Assembly (NCBI RefSeq): GCF_009914755.1
Contig: NC_060927.1
Strand: one strand, 5' to 3'
DNA from: the human T2T-CHM13v2.0 reference genome, Homo sapiens
Length of the DNA: 64,000 nucleotides
The position numbers and the translations under genes are program-made. The notes below the pieces were generated by a model. It had not been told where the DNA came from. It saw only the letters and a program-made list of their open reading frames with translations, and made no database searches. How positions within the stretch are numbered: the stretch's first letter is position 1; each line of letters opens with the position of its first letter. Positions 28,040 to 41,335 of this stretch are shown one piece after another.

Positions 28040-29008
28040 ATGTCTCAGTGGGTGTCCTCCCCAAGGTCTCAGTGTGCGGCCACTCCAAGATCACAGTGTG
28101 TGGCCTTCTCCCCAAGGTCTCAGTGTGTGGCCTACCCAAAATCAAAGTATGTGGTCTTCTCCCGGAGATCTCAGTGTGTGGCTTCCCCAGGATCACAGTA
28201 GGTGGCCTCTTCCCCCAAATCTCAGTGTGTGGCCTCCCCCAGATCTCAGTGTGTGGCCTCTCCAAGATCACAGTGGGTGGCCTCTTCCCCCGGGTCTCAG
28301 TGTGTGGCCTCCCCAAGATCACAGTGGGTGGCCTCATCCCCCAGTCTCAGTGTGTGGCCTCCCCAAGATCACAGTGGGTGGCCTCATCCCCCAGTCTCAG
28401 TGTGTGGCCTCCCCAAGATCACAGTGGGTGGCCTCATCCCCCAGTCTCAGTGTGTGGCCTCCCCAAGATCACAGTGGGTGGCCTCATCCCCCGGGTCTCA
28501 GTGTGTGGCCTCCCCAAGATCACAGTGGGTGGCCTCTTCCCCCGGGTCTCAGTGTGTGGCCTCCCCAAGATCACAGTGGGTGGCCTCATCCCCCAGTCTC
28601 AGTGTGTGGCCTCCCCAAGATCACAGTGGGTGGCCTCATCCCCCAGTCTCAGTGTGTGGCCTCCCCAAGATCACAGTGGGTGGCCTCATCCCCCAGTCTC
28701 AGTGTGTGGCCTCCCCAAGATCACAGTGTGTGGCCTCATCCCCCAGTCTCAGTGTGTGGCCTCCCCAAGATCACAGTGGGTGGCCTCATCCCCCAGTCTC
28801 AGTGTGTGGCCTCCCCAAGATCACAGTGGGTGGCCTCATCCCCCGGGTCTCAGTGTGTGGCCTCCTCAAGATCACAGTGGGTGGCCTCTTCCCCCGGGTC
28901 TCAGTGTGTGACCTCCTCAAGATCACAGTGGGTGGCCTCTTCCCCCGGGTCTCAGTGTGTGGCCTCCCCGAGATCACAGTGGGTGGCTTCCCAAGGTCTC
29001 AGTGGGTC
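28040..29008. repeat. minisatellite/VNTR, 50-51-bp unit built of two related ~24/26-bp halves, ~19 units
   Basis: unit ACAGTGGGTGGCCTCATCCCCCAGTCTCAGTGTGTGGCCTCCCCAAGATC recurs at 28321 and 28371; homogeneous centre, diverged left edge. Confidence 0.97.
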
Positions 29009-30297
29009 ATTCTTGCCCCCATTAGTCCCCACAACCTCTATCTATTTCATCCCTCTGAAAATATTGACTTGGAACTCGTTATGCACACAAACTAGTCGGA
29101 ATCCCAAACATGCCTCGAATCCATTTTCTGATTGACATCAATGAGCTGACAGCGTGGAGAGAAAGCACCATTCCTTTGTTCAGAGCCAATCAGAAAACTG
29201 ATAACACAGCCCCTCGCTCTTCTGTTTTTGTCAGAAGAATGATTGAAGGTAGAGCAGAAGACTCGGGAGGCAAACACACAGGCCAGGATTTCAAAACCCG
29301 CTCTGTTCTATCCTAAGTTCAGAATGCTGGGGAATGTTTCAGATATCTCCACTTTTTTTTTCTTCTCCTCCTACCACTGTGGAATAAGGGAAATTGAATT
29401 TCAAAAGAATATTATTCTAACTAAATATAAGCCTGTGCTGCTATGAAAACAAAGTTTCTAGTTGTTGGGTGGTTTGTTCTGTTTTTTAATAATTTGTGTC
29501 CCACTTCAACAATAACCAAGGAAATTAAGATTTTAAGAAAGAGAGAGAGACAAAAAGAGAAAGAGAGAGACCAGGTTTGTGCAAATCTCAAACAGAACAC
29601 ACAACTGAAAAGCCTTCATGTTTAGGTTTGAAATTGAGAAACTTAAACCTCTGGCAATATATACTCTCCCTCTTTTCCATGTTCTGCTAAAAGCAGCTAA
29701 TTTTCCCATAAGCAAGTCTGGCAAGAAAAGGAACAAAGGTTTGGTCCAGGACACATTTTACTATTTATTCTTCTAACATACAGGAAATGAGGCCTCCTGG
29801 AACCTCGCTGCTGCCCGCCTCCTGGCCACCTCTGCCCTGTTTTGTGTTCCCAACCTGGCACAAAACCTGCTTATGGATTGAGCGTTCCAATTCTTGGACT
29901 CTCAGCCCCTCTTGACAGCACCAGGCAGTCACTGACTGTGACCCAGGGACGGAGCAACAGCCATTCCACAAACAGTCCTCATGCCCCACCATGTGCCCTA
30001 GGCTGGGGACACGACGGGGAGCGAGGAAGACACAACCCCTGCCCATGTGGAGCCAACATGATGGAAAGGACGAAAAGGCCACATCATCTCATTCGGTCCT
30101 CACTACAACCCTGTGAGTTGAGAATTGTTATTAGCCTCAGTTTATAAATGAGAAAACTGAGGCACAGGGAGGAAGTGACTTGACCAAGCTCCTACAGGTG
30201 GGAAGTGGTGGAGCCGGGATTTGAATGTGGGTTTTTCTGGCTCCCACGATGAGTCTGCCTCCTCTTCCATGGGATTTACCACTCTGCTTCATTTTTT

Positions 30298-30612
30298 GGT
30301 TTGTTTGTTTGTTTGTTTGTTTGTTTGAGACAGAGTCTCACTTACTCTGTCACCCAGGCTGGAGTGCAGTAGCACAGTCTCAGCTCACTTCAACCTCCAC
30401 CTCCCAGGTTCAAGTGATTCTCTTGCCTCAGCCTCCTGAGTAGCTGGGACTACAGGCATGCACCATCACACCCGGCCAATTTTTGTATTTTTAGTAGAGA
30501 GAGGGTTTTGCCATGTTGGCCAAGCTGGTCTGGAACTCTTGACCTCAAGTCATCCTACTGCCTTGGCCTCCCAAAGTGCTGGGATTACAGGCCTGGACCA
30601 CTGTGCCTGGCC
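30298..30612 (-). mobile_element. Alu (older S/J) with (TTTG)n tail
   Basis: GAGACAGAGTCTCAC...CCCAGGCTGGAGTGCAGT...CCCAAAGTGCTGGGATTACAGGC. Confidence 0.93.
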
Positions 30613-33600
30613 CACCACCCTGTTTTATAATTACCTCCTTTCTTAGCTCTCTTTCCTGATTGACTCTAGACTTCAGGATAGCATCTCAGGCATCTTCACA
30701 TAACTGACACTGCACTTGATGAGTATTTGTTGAATTAGGTGAGTGGATGAATAATCAATCCAAAGGGTGGTACAAGTCATGGAAGGTTAGGAGGCAGAGG
30801 AGTAATACAAAGTGGCATGAAGAAGCCCAAGACTCAGCCCCTACCCTCAAGCAGCTTTCAACCCAGGTGGGACGGCATGACATGGACACGTGGAAGTTCT
30901 CTAGCACTGACAGGCCACCTCCATGAGGTGTTCCATGCTCATAGACAGTGGGTACGACAGGAGGTCAGATGAGCCCACTCTTTTCTGGGAAGGGGGAGAT
31001 CAGGAAAGGCTGCCTGGAGGAGGCGAGGCTGACACTGGGCACTGAAGGATGAAAAGAGTCAAGTACATGGAGAAGAGGAGGGAACAAAGGCTGACTACCG
31101 AAATTATGCTCTTTCTACCACATCCTACCAAGAGGTGAGTATAGAAGGAAGGGAAGGAGGGAGGGAGAAAGGAAGAAAAGCCTTCACTATGGTAACACAT
31201 GGAGGATTCAGTTCTGTAGACTCCGACACCCTGGCCTCCCTCTTGCTCAGCAGAGAACCAGGCATGGCGCCACCCTCGCTCTCCAGTATGTGTGCATATC
31301 TGCTGGTATCAGCAGGCAGTGGGGCTGTCCCAGTCTCTTCCCAGCCTCCACGCCTGCATAGCCCTGCATGGGCAGGACCGTAGGCACCCTTCTCCCCACG
31401 ACAACTCCAAGGCTGGCCCTCCCTGTTCTTCCCATGTGTGGGGAGACAGTGAGGGAGGTGAGAAGAGCATCCACTCTGCAGTGAATGGGCGTGGGGTCAA
31501 ACTGCATCCTAGCTGGGTAACCCTGGGCAGGTCACTTAACCTCTCTGAGCCTCAGCTTCTACATCAGAAAACTGGGGATGTCCCTCATGGAGATATTTAT
31601 TACAGGCTAAGAGATGACGACATGTGTAAGCAGTTAGCGGAGTGCCTGTGGCTAGCAGAATCTCAGTAAGTGGAAGGCATTGCTATGAGTAGAATTGCTG
31701 TTATTCATATCGAATTAGGTGGTAAAATTAAACCTTTATTGCTCCTTGCGTGACCACTTCAGAAACTCTCTCAGAGTTTCTGGCTAGAGGAGAAAGAGGG
31801 GGTACTCTGGGCCTTTCTGGAACACCTGGTATCCTTGCCAGGGCAGCTGGTCCCCAAGGGGCAGGACTGTTTGCTTTCCACTTGCTTGCCGCAGACCAGC
31901 CTCCATTGGCGACTGGCTTGGGCCGCCAGGCTGGGTGGGGCAGGTGCGTAAACTCTGTGATGCATTCTTGGGCTCCCCAAGGTAAAAATAGTTTTGCTTT
32001 GTTCGGCCGGGTGGTTTACACACTCGTTGGCCTGGCAACCTGCCCACTGGAAAGGCAAAGGCCAGACTATTTCTGGCTGCAAAAACAAGCCCCCGCCAGG
32101 CCCCAGCGTCAAGCCTCCAGATAGCAGTATTAATATTCTGCTATCTCATTCTTTCAGGCCACAAAAAAACAGAGAAGAAAAAAAGCCTTGTGCCTGCATG
32201 ACTTCTCCTTCTATTACCCACAATCACAGCTGCCACAGCTACTGCAGACAATGCCCAGGACTCTCAAATGTCACATTCCCCCAAACAAAACAAAACAAAA
32301 CATATAAAGGCTATAGTAGTCATAGTATTAACAATAACATCAACAAAGTACTTACCATACACAAAGCACTATGATAGGCATGTTGCTTCCATGTTATCCT
32401 TCCTTCACAGCAGCCCTAAGAGGTACTATTACAAGGCCCATTTTCTAGAAAAGGAAACTATGGTTCAGAGAGGTAAAGTCACCTGCCCAGAGTCACACAG
32501 TGAAAAATCAGCAAGGGTGAAATTCTAGCCCAGGTCTGCCTGACTCCGAAATCCATGCTGTTTCTTGGCGCCACTTCTCCTTACACCTTACTAAAGAAAG
32601 CATGGATGTTTCATTGTCTTTCTTTGTGGTTGCTTTTTTTTTAAAAGTAACAAACCCCACTGGGGCATTTTCAGTGGTTTTCTGGTGTCATTTCTCCCAC
32701 CTTAATTGCCTCCTCTCTTCTTTTCTCGACAAAATCTCCAAGCTTTACTTGTCTCCTGTCTTCCCTTTGGCCCATCAGATTCCCAGGCCTTTGTTCCCTC
32801 CGCCTCTCCATCCACATAACTTTTCCCATCCTTCAATGCCCCACTCCAGCCTCACCTCCTCCAGGCAGCCTTCCCTGATCTCCCCCTGCCCAGAGCAGAG
32901 TGAGCTCCCTTCTTTCTGACCTCTGGTCATGCACACTGTCTGTGAACATGGGACACCTCAGCAGAGGGGGCCTTTCAGAGTTAGAGAATTCCCAAGTCCA
33001 TATCATGTCTTTCCAGCTGGGTTGGAAGAATCTGCTGGAGGCCGGGGGCTGCCCGTGCTTCTGTGTGTCTGCTCACATCAGTCCCCTGACCCAAACCCTC
33101 AATGGGCATGGGATCCAGCATTCATCCATCTACCATGCATCATCCGTCTGTCCATCCATCCATATATGTATTCACTCATTCAATGGGTATTTATTGTGTG
33201 CAGTGTAAGAGATATGGAGATTCATCAGATACCTGCAGTCAGAAGAGAGAGAGATAGAGAAGGAGGCAATTAGAACACAGTCAATAAATGCTATGGAAAG
33301 TGGCATGGGTTCATGGGAATCTTTCCAGGGAAGCAGACATCTGAGTTGGATCTTAAAGGGAGAATGGAGTTCATTAGGTGAAACTAGGAAACCATTCTTC
33401 AGACAGGCTCCTAACACATGTCCTCTAGGGTTTGACCTAACGTTCTTCCCATCTCATCCCCATCAGCCACTGTACCACTCGGGTCCCAACAGGGAAGCTA
33501 GTCTGCTCCAGTCAGATCCCAGGAGGCGTGTTAGTTTCCACAGGGACTACACAATTCCTAACAGGCAGGGTTGGGGACCACACAGGAGAGTGTGGTTACC

Positions 33601-33796
33601 TGGCTAGTTGTAATGGAGCCATTACCACTTGAAAAGGTGAGAGGAAGGAATTTATAGAAATCCATAAAGAGAGAGCTGGTTAGAGACCCCCTTGAGGGCA
33701 CAGTGACTTTCCATCAAAGGAAAAGAGCAGCCCAAGGCAACCTTGCAGGCCAGGAGCCAAGATCAACACCCTGACCTCACTCGCCTCTCATCCACT

Positions 33797-34350
33797 TGAG
33801 GCAGAAACTTAAAATAAATATGCATTCATTCACTCCAAGAAAAGTAACAGGCAAGGCAAGGGTTAAGACGAAAAGAACAAGTTTTCCTCTGTCTAGCAAT
33901 CTCACTTCAAGAACAATTATAAGATAACACTGTTTGAGAAGCCAAGGCCAAAAGAATGGGCTCCAGACAACCCCCTGCCAGAGCAAGATTGAAGGGAAAA
34001 AAAGAGAGAAAGACAAATTCCTTTATTGTTACTGCTCCTTTCCCTGGCTTCTTAAGTACAGCTGTGTTTTACAAATGTCTATATTTAGCCTGTTCTTGTT
34101 TTTCTTTCAATGCAGCTACAAGGCCAACAGCTATGCAGGGCCACAAGTTACGTTATGCTATAGATTATATGACCTATCATATGATTAGCTGCTTTTGTTT
34201 TGCTTCTGTAGTCAACTTATAAAAACTGTGCTCAGTCTTTGTTCAATGCTCAGCTTTTTGGATATGAATCCACTGAGCCGGTGAGTACCTAAAATAAACA
34301 ATCCTCCTGTTCTCCGTATCAGTCTCTCCTGTCCTCAGTTTCCTGCAACA
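33797..34350 (+). mobile_element. ERV1 solo LTR (LTR10-like), 554 bp, 4-bp TSD
   Basis: TG...CA termini, TSD CACT at 33793-33796 and 34351-34354, TATAAAAA at ~34218, AATAAA at ~34293. Confidence 0.8.
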
Positions 34351-35217
34351 CACTCATCTCTCACTGGCACCTCCCATTGGCCAACCCAGACAGAGCAAGG
34401 GGACAAGGCCAGGCTGCCAGGACAGTAAGCAGGATGTGAAGGGTAAAGGGTGACTCTGGAAGAATGGATGAAGCTGTCCAGCCCAGCTGGCCATGCATTT
34501 CTGGCTCTCATGCTCTTGGACTTACTGTCTGACGCCGAAGTCCATGCTGTTTCTTCTAGCCACTGCTCCTTACACCTTACTAAAGAAATATTTTACAATT
34601 GTAAGTAACCAGGCACTGTCCCCTGAATCCACTCTTGGCCTTCACATGCACCTCTGTGCTTTCACTCACTCTGTTCCCTCTGCCTAGAACTCCGTTGCCC
34701 AGCTTCCTAATCCACCGAAATCTCATTCATCTTTCAAGCCATGCCCAACAACTGTCTTTTCCTTAACTGCTCTGAAAGTATTCACTGTTTAACTTGTATG
34801 TCATTCTCTCACGTATCCTTTTCCCTCTACACCCATTAGTCTATGAGCAATTTAAGAGTGGATGCTATGGCTGATTCATCATTAAAATCCTAAACTTCTG
34901 CCTCCTCTAAGTCATGAACCTGGAAGCTGTCAGGAACTGTGAAGGCAATGAGATTTTACCCTACCTGCAAGCCAACAAGTCAGCCTGCCTGTTTCATGGA
35001 TGCTGACAGGAGGCGTGAGAGACTCCCGAATCCGAGACAAAGGACTTTATTATCACAGCAACAGCAATAGCCAGACAATCAAGGTTTTTGCACCAGTGCC
35101 CTCAGCCTCAGTTTCCACAGGACCACATGAAGAGGGCCAGGTAATACTGTATATGCAGTGGGTTGCATTACAGAACAGCAATGCTTAGCTTGGGGAACCT
35201 GTTGTAAGTAAGCATAC

Positions 35218-35569
35218 CGATATGGTTTGGCTGTGGCCCCACCCAAATCTCATCTTGAATTGTAGCTCCCATAATTCCCATGTGTTTTGGGAGGGACCCA
35301 GTGGGAGATAATTGAATCATGGGGATGGTTTCCCCTCATATTTTTCTTGTGGTAGTGGATAAGTCTCATGAAATCCGACGTTTCCCCTTTTGCTTGGCTC
35401 TCATTCTCTCTCTTGTCTGCTTCCATGTAAAACGTGCCTTTTGCCTTCTGCCATGATTGTGAGGCTGCCCCAGCCACGTGGAACTGTGGATCCATTAAAC
35501 CTTCTTTTCTTTATAAATTATCCGGTCTCAGGTATGTCTTCATCAGCAGTGCGAAAGTACACTAATACA
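35218..35569 (+). mobile_element. THE1-type MaLR solo LTR nested in an older LTR (~34938-35720)
   Basis: GATATGGTTTGGCTGTG.CCCCACCCAAATCTCATCTTGAATTGTAGCTCCC...CTAATACA; 5-bp TSD CATAC/CATGC. Confidence 0.9.
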
Positions 35570-37085
35570 CATGCCCACCTTTGTTCCAATGGGAGACACT
35601 CTCTCTGTCTCCCAAGAATGTTTGTTATGCAAAGATAACACAGAACAAAAGGCAGACAGTGCCTCTGCTTGCAAGACATGCAGAAATGAGAGAGGGCCAT
35701 GGGGAATTGTCCTCTAACAAAACCTGTGTCCCCTAACAGAAGCTGAGTGTGAAATGCGCACCTTTGTCTCACTCTGCCCTCCTGATACCAAACGTCAGTA
35801 CTGAGTGTCCAGTCAGAGCCCTGACCTGGTCCCTCCTGAGGTCTCCCTCCCAGTGAATGGCAGGACCCAGAGTGGCACTACTCACCCCACCTGTGAAGGG
35901 GGCATAATGACAGGAACTAGCTCACAAGGTTGTTGAGAAAATGAACTGAGTTTTTCCTGTGAAGTACTGAGGCAAGTATACAGCGAGTGCTATGTGTGTT
36001 AGCAAAATCAAGGAAGGAATGAAAAAGGAGAAGGAACAAGGACAGATATACAGAAGTAGAAGAAGGCTGAGCACCTAGACCAGAAAAGCCTGGCCCTACT
36101 CAGGAACAAGGAACAGAGTTACAGCTGTGAAACATCAGAGAACATCATTACCTACACAGCCCTGCTTTCCCCAGGCTCCAACAGGGCCACTTAGGCAGAT
36201 GTCATTTCCTACCTTATTGACTCTGGTCTTCATCCCAAATCTGCACTCGCAGACAGGGATGTGATGACACCCACGTGGCTGAAGATGGCTCCAGGCTCCA
36301 GTGGTACTGACTTGGGACAAATTACCCACTAAAAACCTGAGATGAATGAAGCATTTTGGAATTTTTCCAAATGCAAAATAAGTACCAAGGCCATATCGAT
36401 GCTACTATTCCTACTATCGTGTAGAGATTGATTTGCTCTCTTCAGCAGGCATCTCCCGGATCAAATCATTGGAAGATCACAGTGGCATTAATAAAAACAG
36501 CCACTGCCATGAGCTGAGCCTGATAATTAACGTGCCATGCTGAGCTGGGCTTTGCATGCCTGCTCCCATTTGATCTCCACCATAAATCCAGGGACAGCTA
36601 TTATCATTATTATCCCCATTTTACAGCTCATAAAGCTAAAGTTCGTGGCACTGAGGTAACTTGCCTCAAGTACTAAGCTCAGATATAAACCAACATCTCA
36701 GATGTCTGACCGACCCCAAAGCCCAGGCTCTACCACACTGCATTATTCTGCTACAAGGAGCCTTGGAATTCACCTACCCCCTCCTGTCTGACATACAGAG
36801 AACAGCAATGCATGGGCTGAGCCCAAGGAAGTGCCTGGAACTGAAACTCTTTACTCTGGATTCAGACCCCTGTCTCTCGTCCTTTGTTCCCTGATAGTTT
36901 CATCAGGGCTTTGTGAGAAACAAACACAAAGCGACAGAAAAACACAGAGAAAATTAAGAAGGCGTGGTTGGCAGTCGGGTTCAGGTGGGGGCCACAGCAG
37001 TGGGGCGGGGTGGGGGGTGTCTGGCTGGGTGTGATATCTCCAGCCCAGGCAAGTCCAGGAATTCCAAGGTCAGTTAGACCAGCAA

Positions 37086-37104
37086 TGTCCACCAGGGGGT
37101 GCTA
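37086..37104 (+). promoter_or_regulatory. CTCF-binding motif
   Basis: TGTCCACCAGGGGGTGCTA, 17/19 match to core consensus TGGCCACCAGGGGGCGCTA; occupancy not knowable from sequence. Confidence 0.65.
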
Positions 37105-38619
37105 GGAATGTGTTAATTGATTAACTAACTCAGCCTCCCCCATCCAAAGCTATTGGGACACACTGGTCCATAGACGCTCTTACCTTAACAAGGATTTCCC
37201 AACAACTGGTTTCCATAGGTACCACAGGGGACACACAGGTAACTGTAGAAGGCACACAGATAAATTTACGGAAAAATTCTTAGTAATGATGCGTGTCCCA
37301 AGACAATGTTGTTTTCTTCTAGCTGCACTGCACAAAGGAGGGAACTGCTTTCTGAGTAAGATAAAAATATTTTCCTTGGTTAGACAGTGAGGGATTCTTT
37401 GGCTTGTTAACTTACACAATATAGCTTCTAAGGGAAGTGCTGGGAGACCCAGGTTATTTCTCTCCCGGCCCATGTCAACACGAGGTTTCTGCTGACCCAG
37501 GTGCCCTGCCAAGTCCTCTTAGCAGGTCCTGGACCCCCAAGGCTGCTGCAAACCCAGAAAGTGTGCACAGACCTGTGTTTCTCTAGGGAGAGAGGAAGAC
37601 GGGGAGCCCAAGTGGATTGTTTCGAAGCTCCTAGAAAACGACCCTTGATAGAAGGATACAGGGGATGTTACATCTTTCAAGAGCCTCGTGTTCTTCTCAG
37701 CAACTTCAGGTCATTGAATCCTTGTCCATTGGGATCAGGCAGCCATCTGCCACAGATCCATGGGGCAGGAATGCCATCGCCATCTTCATGAAGCATGTCC
37801 CCCTTTCCCTTGGCGCTGTGTATAGCACAGCCCCACAGCCCACACAGTCATGCTTGGAGGCCCCAATTTGGAGCATTCATTTATCCATCTGCTCTTTCAA
37901 CAAAATTTCTGAGCAATTTTTTTTTACCACATTTATGCCTTTAAAAAGCATGTATCCAAAAGTGTAGGGGGGCACAAAACAGCTTTGAACCAAGAAAATG
38001 CACCCCATTTTGAGAAACTCGACCATCTCATTTCATGGATGAGGAAAAGATCTTCAGAAGCTATGTACACAGTGAAGATTACAAACCTGGAGGACAGCAG
38101 AGCTGGGTCTAAGGCCCAGATCCGGCTCCCAGCTCGGTGCTTTGACATCCTCACCATGCTGCCTTCCAACGGGCCCTTGGCCCTCACAATATCTCTCATC
38201 TATGGAAAGGAATCACAATCCTTGCTCCCACTTAACAAAAAAGCAAATTAAGGCATACAGAAGACAACCTAAACAGGTCATTAAGATCAACACCAACCCA
38301 GCTCAAACGTTTCTCAAGAAAGGCATCTCCCGATTCCTGCAAGTTATTTCTGGATTTGAATCCTCATCCAAGGCATGGAGCTTTAATTCTCTCTGGCATC
38401 TGGCCCCTGCAGACCCCTCCCTTAAAAATGCCTTCCTTAAGAATCACCCTCACACAAGAACAATCCCTGCTGTCTACACCCACTTCTTTTCCACCGAATT
38501 TTCTGCTTCATGTTTAACTGCAGGAGTCCTTTTGTGTCAATGTTGTAGAATATTTATTATTAAAAAAGGTGACATGTTGACTGCAATTATTTTGGGATGG
38601 GTATATTTCAGTTGCCGTG

Positions 38620-38765
38620 AAAGAAAGAAGAAAAAGAGAAAAGGAAGAAAAAAAAGGAAAATGGATGAAAGAAATGAATTGGAAGAAAAGGAAGATAAAG
38701 AAGAAAACAGGGTAGAAGGGGAAGAGAGAAGAAAGGAGAAGCAAGGAAGGAGGTAGAGAGGGAGA
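38620..38765. repeat. purine-rich (GA/AAG) low-complexity tract
   Basis: almost entirely A/G on the + strand. Confidence 0.85.
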
Positions 38766-39980
38766 ATGTCCAGCTAAAGAGGACCCTGGGTCATCTTTTA
38801 ATTTTCGCAGATCAGCCAAAGACAACCATGTTAATTAGCATAGTCTGTTGACACAGGGAGAGGTTCATTCTGCAGTCTCTGTCCCTCAGTGTTTGGACCC
38901 GAAACTCAAAATTTAATGCAACTTCCACAACATCCTTATTTGGAAGAAAAGGTAGTCTGACTCAGACTCAAGTCTTAGTTAAGAAAAAATAAGTAAATCT
39001 TGTTTTCAATGAATGTCATTGTAGGGAAAGACCACAGAGGTCACTAAGGGAGCCCTCAAAACCTTCTGCAACCCAAAGTCCCCCCCGTTCACCAACGCAA
39101 AAGCCAAACACACAAAACATGCCTTTCATGTCACTTCAAACGTCTTAACAAATTAAATATCATTACTCAAAACAAAGCAAGGCTGTGGCAATGTTAGATG
39201 AAAATAGTTCATTTTCCCTAAAAATAGAATCTTTATTTTAGTCACAAGGTCTCAATCTGCTTGTCTGCCCTGGTTCCTCTTTCCTGGTCAAAGTGGCCAT
39301 TAGAACACAATGAAGATCATTTTCAACATCAAAGTTGTTGCCAGCTTTTTTTAATGTTGATAAAAATGAGAAATGATGTTCACTACATGTTTACTTGTGT
39401 TCAGAGGATCAAGGAGATCATTTACTCCCAAAAACCTTGAAAGCCCACTTGATTAAGTTGTCTTAGACTCAAGCTTGAGCTCCCAAAACACCTCTGAGAG
39501 ATCTGGCAAAGACTGAACATGTGAGAAAGGGTTTCCTTATGGAGTTTCAAATGTGCTTTTCAGACAAAATATCAGAAAAATATGGATTTCTTAAATTCAT
39601 TTTGCAGACATATTAGAAGAAACTGCTTTTTACTTTTTTTCTCCTTAAGAGCAAGACCACCAAATCTAAACACTAAAAAGAAACGTTTAGCACTAATATA
39701 ATGTATTTTTAGATAAATGTGGGCTATAATTTCCTGACGTAAGCAATGCTGAGAAACAAGATGGATATTTATTTCTTGAAGTTTCACAATCAATATATTC
39801 AAAAGTTCAAATGTATCTGCTAAGTACACCAAGTATCTTAGGCTGGGCTCCTGAGATGCAGACCGTCAGGGAAGAAACACCCACAAGAGGTTTATGAAGG
39901 AGAAACCTGTAAGGTGTGAGGGAAGAAAAACAAGGAAGGGGGAAGAGCCCAGCCAGGGGACCATTTCTGGAAGGTGCGTG

Positions 39981-41335
39981 TGTTGGGAAAAACTCTCCCA
40001 AACCATGTTTTTCCTCTGCTCTCATACCACCGCAACAATCATCAACACAGAAGATGACATCTGTGACCAAATGTAGGCAGGGGGCAGGGGTTTCGCCCAC
40101 CACCAAGCAGCAGATGCTAGCTGGATGTCCTCCAATTCAATTCCAACACGATTTACCCGGGCATAACGTCAGATCCCACAGGTTGAATACTCAGTCCCCA
40201 AGACCACACCACTCCGGACACCAGTTGCAAGTCCAGGACTCTGGAACTCCTGACCAACCTGCTTCAAGTTGGCCTCCCAAAAGCCCCTCTTTGGGTTTGA
40301 CTCATTTGCTGGAGCAGCCCACAGAACTCAGGGAACCACATTTACCAGTTTACCACAAAGGACACTACAGATGATACTGATGAAGAGACTTGTAGGGTGC
40401 AGAGCTTCCATGCCCTCCCATGCCACAGGGTGAATCCCAAAATTGGAGTTCAGGCTGGGAGTCCACGCACGTTCTCTGCTTCACACAGAAATTCAAGAGC
40501 AAGATGACACAGTAAAGTGAAAGCAAGTTTTTTAAGAAAGTAAAGGGGTAAAGGGGTGGCTACTCCATTGGCAGAGCAGCAGCATGGGCTGCTGGACTGA
40601 ATAGACTTATGGTTATTTCTTGATTATATAACAAACAAGGAGTGGATTGTTCATGAGTTTTGCAGGAAAGGGGTAGTGTATTCCTGGAACTGAGGGTTCC
40701 TCCCATTTTAGACCATATAGGTAACTTCTGGACATTGCCATGCCATTCATAAACTGTCATGGTGCTGGTGGGCATGTCTTTTAGCATCCTAATGCATTAT
40801 AATTAGCGTATAATGAACAATGAGGACAATCAGAGGTCACTTTTGTCACCATCTTGGTTTTAGTGCATTTTGGCTGGCTTCTTTACCGCACTTTATTTTA
40901 TCAGCAGGGTCTTTGTGGCCTGTATCTTGAAAAACCAGTCCCTCCAATTCCAGTCTCATCCATTTGATGGAGTCACTCTGGTTCCAAAGCCTCTGACACC
41001 TGGGCAGGCCACCCTCCAGGAATCACCACGTGTTCAGAGATCCAAAAGCTCTCGAACTTTGTCCTCTTTTCTTCTTATGGAGGCTTCATTACACAGGCAT
41101 GATTGATTAAGCCATTGGCCACTGGGGATCAACTTGACCTTCAGCCCCTCTCCCCTCCTGGGGCTAAAAGTCCCAACCCTCTGATTCTGCCTCGGCCACT
41201 CTGGTAACCAGCCCCACCCTGAACCTATCAGACAAAAGACACATAAAAGACAGCACTTTGGTGATCCCAAGGACTCCAGGAGTTGTATGCCAGGAAACGG
41301 GAATGAAGACCAAGTTAATATTTCACAATATCTCA
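39981..41335. mobile_element. MER21-like LTR interrupted by a nested ERV1 LTR
   Basis: TGTTGGGAAAAACTCT..TTTTCCTCTGCTCTCA..CTGTGACCAAATGT..GCTGGATGTCCTCCAATTCAATTC; resumes ~41000 and ends TTTCACAATATCTCA. Confidence 0.6.
40421..40958 (-). mobile_element. ERV1 LTR (LTR9/MER61-like) nested in MER21
   Basis: AAAGTGAAAGCAAGTTT..AAGAAAGTAAAG..GGCTACTCCAT.GGCAGAGCAGC..CTGAGGGTTCCTCCC..ATGCATTATAATTAGCGTATAATGA. Confidence 0.6.

Noticed and set aside
28040-29008. CRISPR-like array or repeat protein (297-353-aa ORFs)
   Set aside because: No unique spacers, no cas genes and a eukaryotic context; the ORFs arise from a stop-free 50-bp tandem unit
35460-35480. PRDM9 hotspot motif in THE1
   Set aside because: Reads GCTGCCCCAGCCAC, which does not match CCNCCNTNNCCNC
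37112-37125. HNF1-like palindrome GTTAATTGATTAAC
   Set aside because: Spacer is one base longer than the GTTAATNATTAAC consensus; unsupported without ChIP
19725-37200. Additional non-coding SSUH2 5' exons (minus-strand donors such as ~19735 and ~37194)
   Set aside because: Isolated splice-like motifs cannot be validated without transcript data
38142-38756. 204-aa ORF with K/E/R-rich tail
   Set aside because: Non-ATG start; the tail is a purine low-complexity tract; no recognisable domain
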